IMG/VR virus record: IMGVR_UViG_3300045988_180316
Direction: 5' to 3' (one strand)
DNA length: 37,769 nt
From: a virus
Taxonomy: Duplodnaviria > Heunggongvirae > Uroviricota > Caudoviricetes
Both the position numbers and the translations under genes were made by a program. The first letter of the stretch is position 1. The number at the start of each line of letters is the position of its first letter. Positions 1 through 9,745 of the stretch are shown here, one piece after another. The notes under the pieces were generated by a model, which saw only the letters and a program-made list of their open reading frames with translations, made no database searches and was not told the DNA's origin.

Positions 1-38
1 TAATGAAACTTTTGAAAAAGTAATTCTTTTTCCATAAG

Positions 39-78
39 GCCCGATTGTTCTGAAAAAGAGCAATCGGGCTTGCTTTTT
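39..78 (+). terminator. Rho-independent terminator, probably ending an upstream host gene
   Basis: Stem gcccgattgttc (39-50) pairs with gagcaatcgggc (58-69) around loop tgaaaaa, followed by ttgcttttt. Read by eye, not folded. Confidence 0.45.
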
Positions 79-160
79 ACTCGTTTTCGCCTCTTTTATG
101 TACGTTTTGTTGCTATTCTGTTTAATAACTGTTAAATATATGCAGATTTCTGACAAAATG

Positions 161-192
161 TTTGGTGGGGTCGGAAAAAAGTCGTACCTTTG
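161..192 (+). promoter_or_regulatory. Bacteroidota-type promoter (TTTG -33, TACCTTTG -7) in front of the tRNA
   Basis: TTTG at 161-164 and TACCTTTG at 185-192, 20 nt apart, about 30 nt upstream of the tRNA 5' end. Matches the Bacteroides TTTG-N19-21-TAnnTTTG consensus. Confidence 0.5.
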
Positions 193-223
193 CACTCGCA
201 ATTCAGAAATGAGTTGATTATAT

Positions 224-299
224 CGCGGTGTGGAGCAGTTGGTAGCTCGCCAGGCTCATAACCTGGAGGTCGCATGTTCGAGTCCTGCCGCCGCAACCA
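224..299 (+). tRNA. tRNA-Met (anticodon CAT), initiator-like
   Basis: 76 nt from CGCGGTG to CAACCA with encoded CCA. Anticodon loop CTCATAA has CAT at 257-259. T-loop GTTCGAGTC. The acceptor stem has a C1:A72 mismatch, as in E. coli tRNA-fMet, to which the whole sequence is closely similar. Confidence 0.85.
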
Positions 300-415
300 A
301 TATCGGGTAAGAAGTTGGAAACAATATTCTTATCCGATTTTCCGTTTTGGGGAGGGACGGAAACAAAATACTTTATTGTTGAATATCATTGGCTGGCAAC
401 GGACAATGAAAAAAA

Positions 416-1579
416 ATGACTGCAAAAGAAATTGATTTTTTGAGCTCGCGTGAAATAGTAGGTTTCACGCTGCCTGTGTTGCATACCAAGGGCGGTTACT
501 GGTATGTTGACTTTACTGCCTTTGACCCTGTCTCGGGTCGGATGAAGCGCAAGAAGTACATGCTTAATAGGTACAAGACAGACCACAAGAAGCGTATGAT
601 GGGTACCTTGCTTATCCACAATATCACGGCAAAATTGACCGCTGGCTGGAATCCTTGGGTGAATGCCGACAAGTCGAGACAATTCACTGAAATACCAATT
701 ATCTTTAGTCGTTATCGTGATTATATTAAGTCGATGACCGACAAAAAGTCGATGAAGGAAAAGACCTCTATCGACTACCTCAGCCGCCTCAAGACTCTGG
801 AGTCTTTTATCTCTGAGTGCAAGAGTGTCAAATATGCCTATCAGATTGACCGTGCCTTTGCCATCGACTTCTTAGACCACCTGATGTATGACCGTGATGT
901 GAGTGCTACCACAAGAAACAACTATCGCTCTTGGCTTGTGTCCTTCGGCACTTGGCTTATGGATAGAAAATATATCAGCGAGAACCCTGCCATCGACATC
1001 AGAAACATCGCTCAGAAGGAGAAGTTCAGAGACCCTTTGACCGAGGGCGCACTTAAGAAGCTGAAGACTTATCTCTATGATAACAACAGACATTTTCTCT
1101 TGGCTTGCCTCTTTGAATATTATACCTTTATCCGACCGAATGAGTTGACGCAGATAAGAATCAAAGATGTGTCGATTGCTGACCAGACGGTCTTTATCAG
1201 TTCTGCCATCAGCAAGAACCGTAAGGACGGACTTGTGGCATTGAACGATGAAATCTTGAAGCTCATGATAGAGCTGAAGATATTTGAGCATCCGGGACAT
1301 TGTTTTATCTTTGGCAAGGGTTTGAAGCCCGGAGAGGAAAGAGCACCTTATAATCAGCTGAGAGTGGAGTGGGGTAAGATGAGAGATGCGATTGGGTTTC
1401 CGAAGGAGTATCAGTTTTATAGCCTGAAGGACACTGGCATCAGGGATTTGGCGAACGCACAGGGTATCGTGGTCGCCAAGGATCAGGCACGCCACTCTGA
1501 TATATCTGTGACGAATCGATATATCAAGAACCAGATGAAAGTGAACGAGGAGACCAAGCACTTCAAAGGTGGGCTTTAG
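416..1579 (+). CDS. Tyrosine recombinase / phage integrase
   Basis: 387 aa. C-terminal catalytic region contains the conserved Arg (FIRPNELTQIRIKDV), the His/Arg box (QARHSDISV) and the Tyr nucleophile (TNRYI). Sits next to the tRNA 3' end. Confidence 0.9.
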   Translation: MTAKEIDFLSSREIVGFTLPVLHTKGGYWYVDFTAFDPVSGRMKRKKYMLNRYKTDHKKRMMGTLLIHNITAKLTAGWNPWVNADKSRQFTEIPIIFSRYRDYIKSMTDKKSMKEKTSIDYLSRLKTLESFISECKSVKYAYQIDRAFAIDFLDHLMYDRDVSATTRNNYRSWLVSFGTWLMDRKYISENPAIDIRNIAQKEKFRDPLTEGALKKLKTYLYDNNRHFLLACLFEYYTFIRPNELTQIRIKDVSIADQTVFISSAISKNRKDGLVALNDEILKLMIELKIFEHPGHCFIFGKGLKPGEERAPYNQLRVEWGKMRDAIGFPKEYQFYSLKDTGIRDLANAQGIVVAKDQARHSDISVTNRYIKNQMKVNEETKHFKGGL

Positions 1580-1636
1580 TCTCCTCGATGAGGTGGTGTC
1601 GTGGCTTCGCTGGTTTGTGTTTGATGAGTAGCGAAG

Positions 1637-3535
1637 TTACGACATCATATAAAAATATCCTGTATAGATAGGCTCAATCTGGTCATCCTTGACCTCCATC
1701 TCTATTTTTTCGCATACGAATTTTTTGTTGTGTATGATGTATGTGTGAGATGGGTCAGGGATGGTATCAGATTGAAATTTTACCTGAAGGCAGTTTTTGT
1801 TGTCTATCTTGAGACCGCTGTCGTGGAGCTCACCCAAACAGGTTCCTGCTTGCCAAGCCTTGTTTAGGGATAGGGAAGCCATCAGAACGGTTGGAAACGT
1901 GCCAATATTGCCAGGATCGAGCAACTCCATCCTATACATGGAATTGATGCGGCTGTCAGTCATGAACTGCTGCCATCTGGACTTCTCCCCTACCCATGAG
2001 ACGTTGCCATTGAGTGGGTGTTCGTATTTTTGAACTTTGCCAGGCACTATGAAAAACACATTCATGCACTCCTGGTCATCCTCGGAATCATCCAAGGTGG
2101 ACTCATCATCGATGGCATCCTGTATGGAGACGTAGTTGTAGCCATCCTCGTCTGTGTCGCTCTCTTTGGCTTCGGCTTCTTTGTCGTTTGGCATAGACAG
2201 GAGGCAGCGCCATTCGCTGTGTTTACCCTCAAAAAGAAAAGACCTAAAGCTAACATTTTCCACGACCTGTGCTGCTGGGGATATGTTGAGGTCTGTGTAA
2301 TCATCGGAGGAGTTATCCCTTATCAGTGGCGACCAGACACCAGCCAACTGCCAGCTCTTGTTGCCGTCGGTATCCTCGACATATATATAATAATCGCTGC
2401 CCAGATGACGGATGATGGTGGTGCGCTTCTTCTTCTCGGACCATCCACTGGTAGTGGCAGGAAACTGAAAGTTGGTACCAACGGCTGTCTCGAACGAATC
2501 GACTATATCGAAATTATCAAAAACTTTTTTGGGAATGACTTCGTAATCACCTCTGTTGGCTGAGTCGCCTAAGTTGTACTGCAGGTTGGCTGTCGATGAG
2601 GTTGAGAACGAACCATCGGCATCGTAGTCGGTGGTGTACTCGTCGAGTGTCTCTATCTCTACGGAGTCGGCGGATGATAGCTCTGAGGACTTGATGACCT
2701 GACAAGTCTTTTTGATGTCGTCGAAGTATATGGTGGCGTTGAAGAGCTTGCGGAACTCCTCGATGAAGGTGTAGCTAGTCCAATGAGGAAGGGCACGGCG
2801 AAGCTCTAGGGTCTTGAAGGCGGAGGCGATGTAGAGCAAGTTCCATGGAGAAACATCGAGGTCGTTGCGTGTGAGGGTGTAGCCCTCGTAGGCGATGACT
2901 CGCTTGAAGATGTACATCAGGTTGGGCTGCACGGCGACGTTGCTGATGTATGGATCTTTGCTGCCTATGAAATTGCCCGTGCGGTCAACGCCCACGAAAT
3001 TGGCTATCATGTCGTTGGTCTCGTCTCTGACTGGCATGAAGCACCACTTGCCCTGCTCGCCCAGAAACTTGCTCTGGTCGGCGACGAGCCTATAGACGGA
3101 TTGAACCTTGGGGATGTTTTTCCAGCCCTGTGAAAAACCTTTATCTACCGTATAGCCTGGTGCGGATGCCTTGCCGAAGTCTATCTCGTCGATGTAGTGC
3201 TTGGTCATCTTGTCGTTGAACTTGATGCGAGACTTGCCGCCCACTATCTGAAGCTTTATCTCAGAGTCGGTGACGCTGATGATGGTACCCACGCCAGAGA
3301 GTACCAGGCGACCGCTCACGTAAAGCTTGCAATCGTTGTAGGTCTGGGTGGATTTGGAGACATCGAAGCGGCTCACGTTGTGGAAAACTCGGCGGTTGGG
3401 CATTATTGCCATGGGGAAATTGATGTCGTAGGAGTATTCGCCATCGTCGGTGACGTATTGGTTGGCGTATGTGAGCTTGATGGATTGGCTGGCAGCCGGA
3501 TAGGCTGCCATGCCATTGATGATGCATGTTATCAT
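1637..3535 (-). CDS. Tail-associated protein immediately after the tape-measure gene (distal tail or tip protein?)
   Basis: 632 aa ORF whose start is 34 nt after the tape-measure stop. Assignment is by position only; no recognisable motif. An alternative start exists at 3511. Confidence 0.4.
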   Translation of the reverse strand: MITCIINGMAAYPAASQSIKLTYANQYVTDDGEYSYDINFPMAIMPNRRVFHNVSRFDVSKSTQTYNDCKLYVSGRLVLSGVGTIISVTDSEIKLQIVGGKSRIKFNDKMTKHYIDEIDFGKASAPGYTVDKGFSQGWKNIPKVQSVYRLVADQSKFLGEQGKWCFMPVRDETNDMIANFVGVDRTGNFIGSKDPYISNVAVQPNLMYIFKRVIAYEGYTLTRNDLDVSPWNLLYIASAFKTLELRRALPHWTSYTFIEEFRKLFNATIYFDDIKKTCQVIKSSELSSADSVEIETLDEYTTDYDADGSFSTSSTANLQYNLGDSANRGDYEVIPKKVFDNFDIVDSFETAVGTNFQFPATTSGWSEKKKRTTIIRHLGSDYYIYVEDTDGNKSWQLAGVWSPLIRDNSSDDYTDLNISPAAQVVENVSFRSFLFEGKHSEWRCLLSMPNDKEAEAKESDTDEDGYNYVSIQDAIDDESTLDDSEDDQECMNVFFIVPGKVQKYEHPLNGNVSWVGEKSRWQQFMTDSRINSMYRMELLDPGNIGTFPTVLMASLSLNKAWQAGTCLGELHDSGLKIDNKNCLQVKFQSDTIPDPSHTYIIHNKKFVCEKIEMEVKDDQIEPIYTGYFYMMS

Positions 3536-3568
3536 AAACTTATCATAAATGAGGTTTGATGAAAACCG

Positions 3569-6500
3569 TTATTTGTTTGACTTCATTTTTTGATATTGGC
3601 TCCATTGGCGGTCGAAGCCATCGGGGCCGGTGATGACCACGTATGACTTGATGCCAGCGTTGAGCTGCTCGTTGAGTCTGTCGATGGTGGTATGCACGCT
3701 ATCGAGGGATGCGCCCATCTGCTCGGTGTCGCCACCTGATACGTTGACCACTGGGGCGACCACGGCTGCGCTGCCTGTGCCCATGGCACGGCTCACGTCT
3801 TGGGCGGTGAGCGAGGCGACCGTGTTGTTGCGCTGCGCCATATCGATGAGCTGCAGGGCAGGGAGGAGCTGAGGATTGTTGACGGCGTTGTGGTTGGCGA
3901 CGAACTCGCCAGCGTGAACCACGCCAGCCTCTTTCTTGTAATTGCCAGGACCAGTGAAACCACCCTCGTAATAGCCAGCCGCCTCTGCCTGGTGCTGCTT
4001 TTTGATTGTTGCTATCTGGAGCATGCCCGCTGCGGTGGCGAGACCTGCGGCGATAGGACCAAGGATGTGACCCACCACTGGGATGGCTGCGGCTGATGAG
4101 TAGGCGTTGATGGCAGCCATGGCGGTTGAAGCTATGGCTTGTGCGATCTCTATCTTCATCGCCTTTTTGTTGGCCTTGCTCTTGGCTGCAGCCACCTCTT
4201 TGTCTCGCTTCGCCTCGAGACGCTTTTTCTTGGCTGAGTTGTTGCCAGCGGCAGAAATCTGCTTATCGTAGTTTTTCTCGATCTTGGCGACCTCTAGGTC
4301 TGAGCATGCCTGGGAGTAGGCGGAGGCAGCGCCCATCATCGTGTTGATGCTGCTGAAGGCAGCGCCAGCGATGGAGGCTATCTCTTGATAGGTCTCTTTG
4401 TTCATCTGCTTTTTGGCATCCTGGTATTGCTGCTCGCTGATTTTATCCTCGTCTCGAAGCTTCTGAAGGTTTTGGTTGACCATCTTTTGCTGTTGGATGG
4501 CTGCGATGGCACCACCTGCGATTGTGGCGAGGTTGTCGCTGCCCATGGCATTACTGTTGTCGCCATTGCCCTTGGTCATCTTTTTGGCGGTGTCGAGGGC
4601 GGTGTTGGCATCCTCTTTGCGCTGCTCATCGGCGGTAGGCTTGTATGAGGCGTATTTGTTGGCGATGCCCATCTTTGTGCGCTGGTATTCCTCCTCTCTG
4701 ATGAGACCTGCCTTGTAGATGGCTTCGAGCCCCTGCAGCTCTAGTTGCATCTGCTCTTCGTTGCCGAGCTTGCCGTATTCTTGGCGCAGCTGAAGGAGTT
4801 GTTCGTCGTGTTGCTTCTGAAGGTCGTATTTGCGTTGCTGTTGGGTCAGCTCTCGCTCTTTCTCGATCTGGGCGTACTCGTCAGATGAGGAGAGGTAGAG
4901 GGCTTGTTTTTTGTTGAGATAGTCCTGGTATGAGAGAAAGAGAGCCTCGTTGACGGCATCCTCATTGTGATAGAGGTTGGAGTCTTTGTTGTAGTAATCG
5001 GCATTGAGCTTCATTTCTTTTTTCTGTCGCTCGGTCTCCAGGGCTTCGAGGTCGGCGGTCTGCTTTTTCTCGTAGTCGGCAGCGATGTTTTCTTTCTCTG
5101 CATTGAGTCGCTTGTACTCTTCGCTCTCAGCCTCGCCATACTTTTTGAGAATGTCGAGGCGATCCTGAAGCCCCTGCTCTTTGATATTCTTCATCTTCTC
5201 GTTGTATTCGGCGAGTCGAATCTGACCTGTAGCGTAGAGGGTCTTGGCATCGAGCTCTTCGGCTTGGTTGGCTTTCTTAGCATCGTCTAGCTCTTTTTTC
5301 ATGTCGGCCTTGCGCTTTGCCTCTGCCTTGCGAGCGGCAGCCTCACGTTTCTTTTTCTCCTTTTCGGCAGCTTTGCGCTCTTTCTCGGTCATGGTATGGC
5401 CAGAGGAAGGGGTGGTGTGTGTCTCTGTAGTTGCGCTATTGTTTAGTAAATTCTTCTTTACAGTCTTGTTGTACTGTTTCTGCAAATTTACGTTTTTCTC
5501 TAATTGCTGATTATAGAAATTCTCTTCAGCATTGACTTGCTTTTGCAGGCTTAGGTTTGCCTGTAGTCTTTGCGTATGAACTTGCTTTTGCTTCTCGTTA
5601 CTCTTCAGTGCCTCGTTTTGTTCGATGAGCTGACCTGTCCATCCATCAGCCACGGCATTGCTCTCATATTGCTTAGGATGAGCCTTGCGCTCAGCATCGA
5701 CAGCCTTCAGCGAATATCGTATGCGGCTTTCTTTTTGTTTGAGTTCCAGTTTCTTTTTATTGATTTCCACCTTGCGCTCATAGATGGCTTCTGCCATGGC
5801 AGCATTTTCTAGCTCCTTGATGTAGTTTTGGATGGCAATCTGGTTGTCGTTATACAACTTGCCCTCTTTGGAGATAGAGGCGTGATATTCTGGGACGAGC
5901 TTTATCATATTTGCGATAGCTTGCTTTCGCTCGTCAACGGTATAGGCATTGGAGTGGATAACCTTGTTGAGCATATCGACCTTGTTGCGCTCATCGAGGG
6001 TAGCATCAGACACCTTTTTGGCGAGGCTGGCTTGAGCCTCTGCCACTGCTCTGTTGTTTTTAGCCTCTTGCGTGTTGTTGCGCATCGCCTCGTTGTAAGA
6101 TGTTATGGCTTTGTATGCCCCATAGGCAGCCACGCCCACCACGGTGATGACTGTGGCGAGGGCAGCCCATGGATTGGTGAGACTTGCTAGGCGTGCTGCC
6201 CTCATCACCACGATGTAGCCCTGTATGCCTTTTGTGAGATAAGCCCATGTGGCTTGCAGTGCCACTAAGGCAGCACGCAAGAGTGTAGATGTAGCGGTAT
6301 AAGCTTTATCGACAGCTGAAGCGTATTGTACGGCGGCTGTTTTAATCTTAATGGCGATGGTCTCCTTGTACCAGAGAGCAGTACAAACAGCGATGGCTGT
6401 TGACAGCACGGCTATTTGTTTTGCATAGGTGACGGTGAAGGTGATGAGCGTGGACATGACCTTTATGGTCAGACTGAATGATGTGATGCCATATTTCATG

Positions 6501-7915
6501 GCAGGGATGAGTTTTTCTCCGAGTTCGATGGTGAGGTCTTGGAATCGCTTCTTGGCTTTGTCTAGTTCTGCCTGTACCGTTGTATTCTGGGTATTGAACT
6601 CATTGATGACACTGGTACCGTCGGCATACGACTTGGTGGCGATGTCTTGCGCCTCTTTCACTTGGTCGAGGTGTGTAGCCACGGCGGAGAGAACGCCCAC
6701 GGCACGGGTGCCGTTAAGCTGCATCTCCTCAAACATCGGTGCCATCTCGGCGAAACCACCCTTTGACTTCATGGCTTGCATGAACTTCATCAAGCCCTCG
6801 TTGGCGTTGGTCTTCATCAGGTTGGAGAACTCCTTGACCTGCATGCCCGCTATCTTGGCGAACTTGGCTGGCTCTTGGTACATCTTGGTGATGAGCTGTG
6901 AGAAGACGGTGGCGGAAGTCGCCTCCTCTTGCATATTTTGGTCGAGGGCAGAGGCGAGACCCATGAGCTGTGCCTGGGTCATGCCGGCCTGGATGCCGAC
7001 ACCTGAGAGGTCGGCAGTGAAATCGACGATGTAGCCAGCGTTGGCTGATGAGCTTTGTGCCAGCTCATTGACGGCGGAACCTGTGGCGAGCATCGCACCA
7101 CGAAGGCCTTTGGTCTTATCCTCACCAAACATCTGGGCGAGCTTGCCGATTTTATCGACCGCCCCCTTGCCGAGGTCATCGCCGAGGGCGACATTGATTT
7201 TGTCGGCACCATCAACGAACTCCTCGATCATCTCTTTGCTGGTGATGCCGAGGCGACCGGCAGAGCCAGCCAGCTCGTTGAGCTGCTCACGAGCCGTGCG
7301 GGTATCCATGCGCTTGAAGTCCTCGTTCATCTGATGAACTTGCTCATCGGTCTGACCTGTATATTTGCGCACGTCAGCCATCGACTCCTCCATGTCGGCG
7401 TAGGCTTGAGCTGCAGCTCTCAAAGTAAGAGTGAGTGTGGTGAGACTGCCCAGTATCTGGGTGAAGGCACCCCAGTTTTTGTTAAGACCATCCCACATTC
7501 TAGAGAACAAACTTCTGGAAGCTTTACCTTCGTCGTTGATGTGCTGCATCTCTGCTCGCACTTGCTTTAATTGCTTTTGCAGTTTTTTCCATTCGTCTGA
7601 GTTGCGCTTGATGGCACCGCTTTTCAACTCTCTGTTGAGAGCCTTGGCGACTAGTTGCAGCTCCTTGTATGATGCAGAAGAAAGATTGTTGAGAACTTGG
7701 TTAACCTTCTCTTGGCTAGTCATGTATGCTTTTGTCTCAGCCTTTAATCTCTTTATCTGTCGTTCGAGGGCTGTTGTTGACTCGCCCTTTGCATAAGCCT
7801 CGTCTCTGGCTTTTTGCACTTCTTTCAGCTTGTTTTGCAATTCGTTGAGTTTATCCTTAGCCTCTTTGGTGTCAAGAATAACTCTGCTAACATGGGTATC
7901 TGTATTTGTTGCCAT
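3569..7915 (-). CDS. Tail tape-measure protein
   Basis: 1448 aa. Long coiled-coil, Lys/Glu/Gln-rich repeats; a central hydrophobic segment (residues ~480-600) likely transmembrane; N-terminal core region of the kind seen in TP901-type tape-measure proteins (AGSAGRLGITSKEMIEEFVDGADKINVALGDD). Confidence 0.85.
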   Translation of the reverse strand: MATNTDTHVSRVILDTKEAKDKLNELQNKLKEVQKARDEAYAKGESTTALERQIKRLKAETKAYMTSQEKVNQVLNNLSSASYKELQLVAKALNRELKSGAIKRNSDEWKKLQKQLKQVRAEMQHINDEGKASRSLFSRMWDGLNKNWGAFTQILGSLTTLTLTLRAAAQAYADMEESMADVRKYTGQTDEQVHQMNEDFKRMDTRTAREQLNELAGSAGRLGITSKEMIEEFVDGADKINVALGDDLGKGAVDKIGKLAQMFGEDKTKGLRGAMLATGSAVNELAQSSSANAGYIVDFTADLSGVGIQAGMTQAQLMGLASALDQNMQEEATSATVFSQLITKMYQEPAKFAKIAGMQVKEFSNLMKTNANEGLMKFMQAMKSKGGFAEMAPMFEEMQLNGTRAVGVLSAVATHLDQVKEAQDIATKSYADGTSVINEFNTQNTTVQAELDKAKKRFQDLTIELGEKLIPAMKYGITSFSLTIKVMSTLITFTVTYAKQIAVLSTAIAVCTALWYKETIAIKIKTAAVQYASAVDKAYTATSTLLRAALVALQATWAYLTKGIQGYIVVMRAARLASLTNPWAALATVITVVGVAAYGAYKAITSYNEAMRNNTQEAKNNRAVAEAQASLAKKVSDATLDERNKVDMLNKVIHSNAYTVDERKQAIANMIKLVPEYHASISKEGKLYNDNQIAIQNYIKELENAAMAEAIYERKVEINKKKLELKQKESRIRYSLKAVDAERKAHPKQYESNAVADGWTGQLIEQNEALKSNEKQKQVHTQRLQANLSLQKQVNAEENFYNQQLEKNVNLQKQYNKTVKKNLLNNSATTETHTTPSSGHTMTEKERKAAEKEKKKREAAARKAEAKRKADMKKELDDAKKANQAEELDAKTLYATGQIRLAEYNEKMKNIKEQGLQDRLDILKKYGEAESEEYKRLNAEKENIAADYEKKQTADLEALETERQKKEMKLNADYYNKDSNLYHNEDAVNEALFLSYQDYLNKKQALYLSSSDEYAQIEKERELTQQQRKYDLQKQHDEQLLQLRQEYGKLGNEEQMQLELQGLEAIYKAGLIREEEYQRTKMGIANKYASYKPTADEQRKEDANTALDTAKKMTKGNGDNSNAMGSDNLATIAGGAIAAIQQQKMVNQNLQKLRDEDKISEQQYQDAKKQMNKETYQEIASIAGAAFSSINTMMGAASAYSQACSDLEVAKIEKNYDKQISAAGNNSAKKKRLEAKRDKEVAAAKSKANKKAMKIEIAQAIASTAMAAINAYSSAAAIPVVGHILGPIAAGLATAAGMLQIATIKKQHQAEAAGYYEGGFTGPGNYKKEAGVVHAGEFVANHNAVNNPQLLPALQLIDMAQRNNTVASLTAQDVSRAMGTGSAAVVAPVVNVSGGDTEQMGASLDSVHTTIDRLNEQLNAGIKSYVVITGPDGFDRQWSQYQKMKSNK

Positions 7916-7937
7916 AATTGAATATTTTATTTTATGG

Positions 7938-7945
7938 CAAAGGTA
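7938..7945 (-). promoter_or_regulatory. -7 promoter element TACCTTTG (minus sense) upstream of the tape-measure gene
   Basis: Plus-strand caaaggta, 22 nt from the tape-measure ATG. Same motif family as at 10440, 20298, 25661, 26924, 27444, 28377 and 37310. Confidence 0.35.
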
Positions 7946-7960
7946 ATAAGGAGGAAAATA

Positions 7961-7999
7961 TAATAAAAATACGAGACCGTATGTATTGCGGTCTCGTAT
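7961..7999 (-). terminator. Rho-independent terminator (minus strand) after gene 8000-8341
   Basis: Perfect 11-bp stem (7969-7979 with 7989-7999), 9-nt loop, followed in minus sense by ATTTTTATT. Confidence 0.5.
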
Positions 8000-8341
8000 T
8001 TACTTGGTTATCTCTTGCTCTTTTTTAAAGAACTCGTATGCAAGATTGTTTGCATCCCAAACAAGATATTTCTTGTTGGTGTTTCTGAGTGTCTGTTTAT
8101 CACCTGTTATGGAGTTTGCTATCGTGACGCAGAAGAATCTGCCTCGCTTTACGATTTCGGTTGCCGTATTGTTTGGCGATGCCAGTCTTATAGGCTCGTC
8201 AAAATTCTCATCAAAAGTATCAAACAATGGTTCGGAAGCCACTGTGGCTGGGCAAGAACTATTGCCAAGCTTGTCGAGACCTTTGAGGAGTGCAACTGTT
8301 ATAATCGCTAGTATCCAGCATCCAAATATAGTCGTAATCAT
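8000..8341 (-). CDS. Small hypothetical protein with N-terminal hydrophobic segment (secreted or membrane)
   Basis: Start moved to the internal Met MITTIFGCWILAIITVALL (8341); the longer ORF-track start at 8539 would run through the AT-rich promoter region. Confidence 0.4.
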   Translation of the reverse strand: MITTIFGCWILAIITVALLKGLDKLGNSSCPATVASEPLFDTFDENFDEPIRLASPNNTATEIVKRGRFFCVTIANSITGDKQTLRNTNKKYLVWDANNLAYEFFKKEQEITK

Positions 8342-8563
8342 AATTTGCAAGTTTATTATTATCTTTGTTGCAAATTTAATAATAATATTTGGAATATGCA
8401 AGTATTTTGTGTTAAATCTTTGATTTGTTTTGCGGTATGGTGGAAAAATATTATATTTGCAGTGGCAATTTAATTTTAGAAAGTATGAATAAAGATTTTG
8501 CTTTAATATTGGTAAACATAATATGCGCCTTAACGGCATTTGTTTGTATGATAATCACTATTG

Positions 8564-9004
8564 TTATTTCATTAGTGAGATTATAATAGTAATACACATA
8601 GATGCGATTGTAATAATCGTGCAAATGATATTGATATATTCTTTGTATTCTTTCAGAAGTGTCAGTCTCTCCTGTCTTCTCTTCTGTTTGTTATAGCCTT
8701 TCTTGGCAGCATTCTCCCCTTGTGGTGTCAGCTTATAATAAGCTTCTCCCCACTCATAAACAAGTCCCTCGTCTTGAAGTGATTGTAGAACATCGTATGG
8801 CTCAATGTCATATCCATACGTATCATTTATAGCACTGTGTACATCGTCTTTGTTAGGACTACCTTCTAAGAACTGGCTTAAAATGAAATCTGCGATTTCT
8901 ATTTGCTTTTTAGTCATCATAATCAAATAAAAACGGCTCGTGCATCGGGAGGGCAGTCCTTCAGCACGAGCCATTAACAGCTGTATATCTTTATGTCTTG
9001 CCAC
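8564..9004 (-). CDS. Hypothetical protein with C-terminal transmembrane anchor
   Basis: ORF ends in hydrophobic INIICTIITIASMCITIIISL. Start uncertain (MARHK at 9004 or MMTKKQ downstream). A TATCTTTG -7 motif lies at 9056-9063. Confidence 0.4.
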   Translation of the reverse strand: MARHKDIQLLMARAEGLPSRCTSRFYLIMMTKKQIEIADFILSQFLEGSPNKDDVHSAINDTYGYDIEPYDVLQSLQDEGLVYEWGEAYYKLTPQGENAAKKGYNKQKRRQERLTLLKEYKEYINIICTIITIASMCITIIISLMK

Positions 9005-9103
9005 TCATGAGACCTGCCCGAATCATGTTTGACATCATTGTCTTTAAATATGGTGCAAAGATAACGCTTTTATCTGAAAGCACCAAATGATTTTACGAAA
9101 ACT

Positions 9104-9715
9104 TTATTTCACCACCTCTATGTATCTCGAGTAATCAATCTTGGAGTGGGGATTGTGGCTGACTATCTGCACCTGATAGCCCTTGGTGCCCCATCGCCAC
9201 CAGAGGAACTTGTGGCGGTAGGTGCGGCTCACGATGGTCGTCAGGCTGTCTCGAGACGAGTACTGGCACTCTCGCTTGGGGATGTCGATATGGAGGGAGA
9301 GCCATTGGTCTCGGTAGGTGTAGATGGAATCGGGGATGCCGGAACCAGCCACGGCGGCGGTCGGTTCGGGCGTGAGATAGACCGTATCGGCGGTGGTTGA
9401 CGAAGCTGTGTGGATAGACTGCACATCTTTGAGCCGCACTTTGAGGTCTTTGATGAGCTTGGTATCGGCGAGGTGGAGCTTTTGCAGCTCGTCGTATTTC
9501 GCCTGAAGGGCGTTGAATATGGCGACATTGAGAGTGTCTCTCACGTTGGCATATTCAATGTCGTAGTTGAGGTTGGCTACGTTGTAGCTCTGTCGGTCGA
9601 GGTCAGCCTGAAGCTGCTCGCACTTGTTGGCGGAGTGGATGAATGCGACGGCGGTCACGATGAGCAGGGCTGCCAGGAGCTGGATGATAATCTTGGGTGT
9701 GATTTTTTTTATCAT
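9104..9715 (-). CDS. Spanin-like lysis-associated membrane protein (putative)
   Basis: N-terminal transmembrane helix (IIIQLLAALLIVTAVAF) followed by a coiled-coil segment, directly after the endolysin gene. Called by architecture and position only. Confidence 0.35.
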   Translation of the reverse strand: MIKKITPKIIIQLLAALLIVTAVAFIHSANKCEQLQADLDRQSYNVANLNYDIEYANVRDTLNVAIFNALQAKYDELQKLHLADTKLIKDLKVRLKDVQSIHTASSTTADTVYLTPEPTAAVAGSGIPDSIYTYRDQWLSLHIDIPKRECQYSSRDSLTTIVSRTYRHKFLWWRWGTKGYQVQIVSHNPHSKIDYSRYIEVVK

Positions 9716-9745
9716 TGTCTTTTTATGGAATATTTGGTGAGTGAG

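Noticed and set aside
3800-7796. Numerous 60-200 aa plus-strand ORFs inside the tape-measure gene
   Set aside because: All antisense to a 1448-aa gene with strong coding signal; low-complexity translations.
8000-8539. Longer N-terminal extensions given by the ORF track for several genes (8000-8539, 9746-10309, 13070-14755, 22886-24424, 28150-28407, 33666-34649)
   Set aside because: The extensions overlap promoter motifs, terminator hairpins or upstream genes and have poor composition; internal Met starts were preferred.
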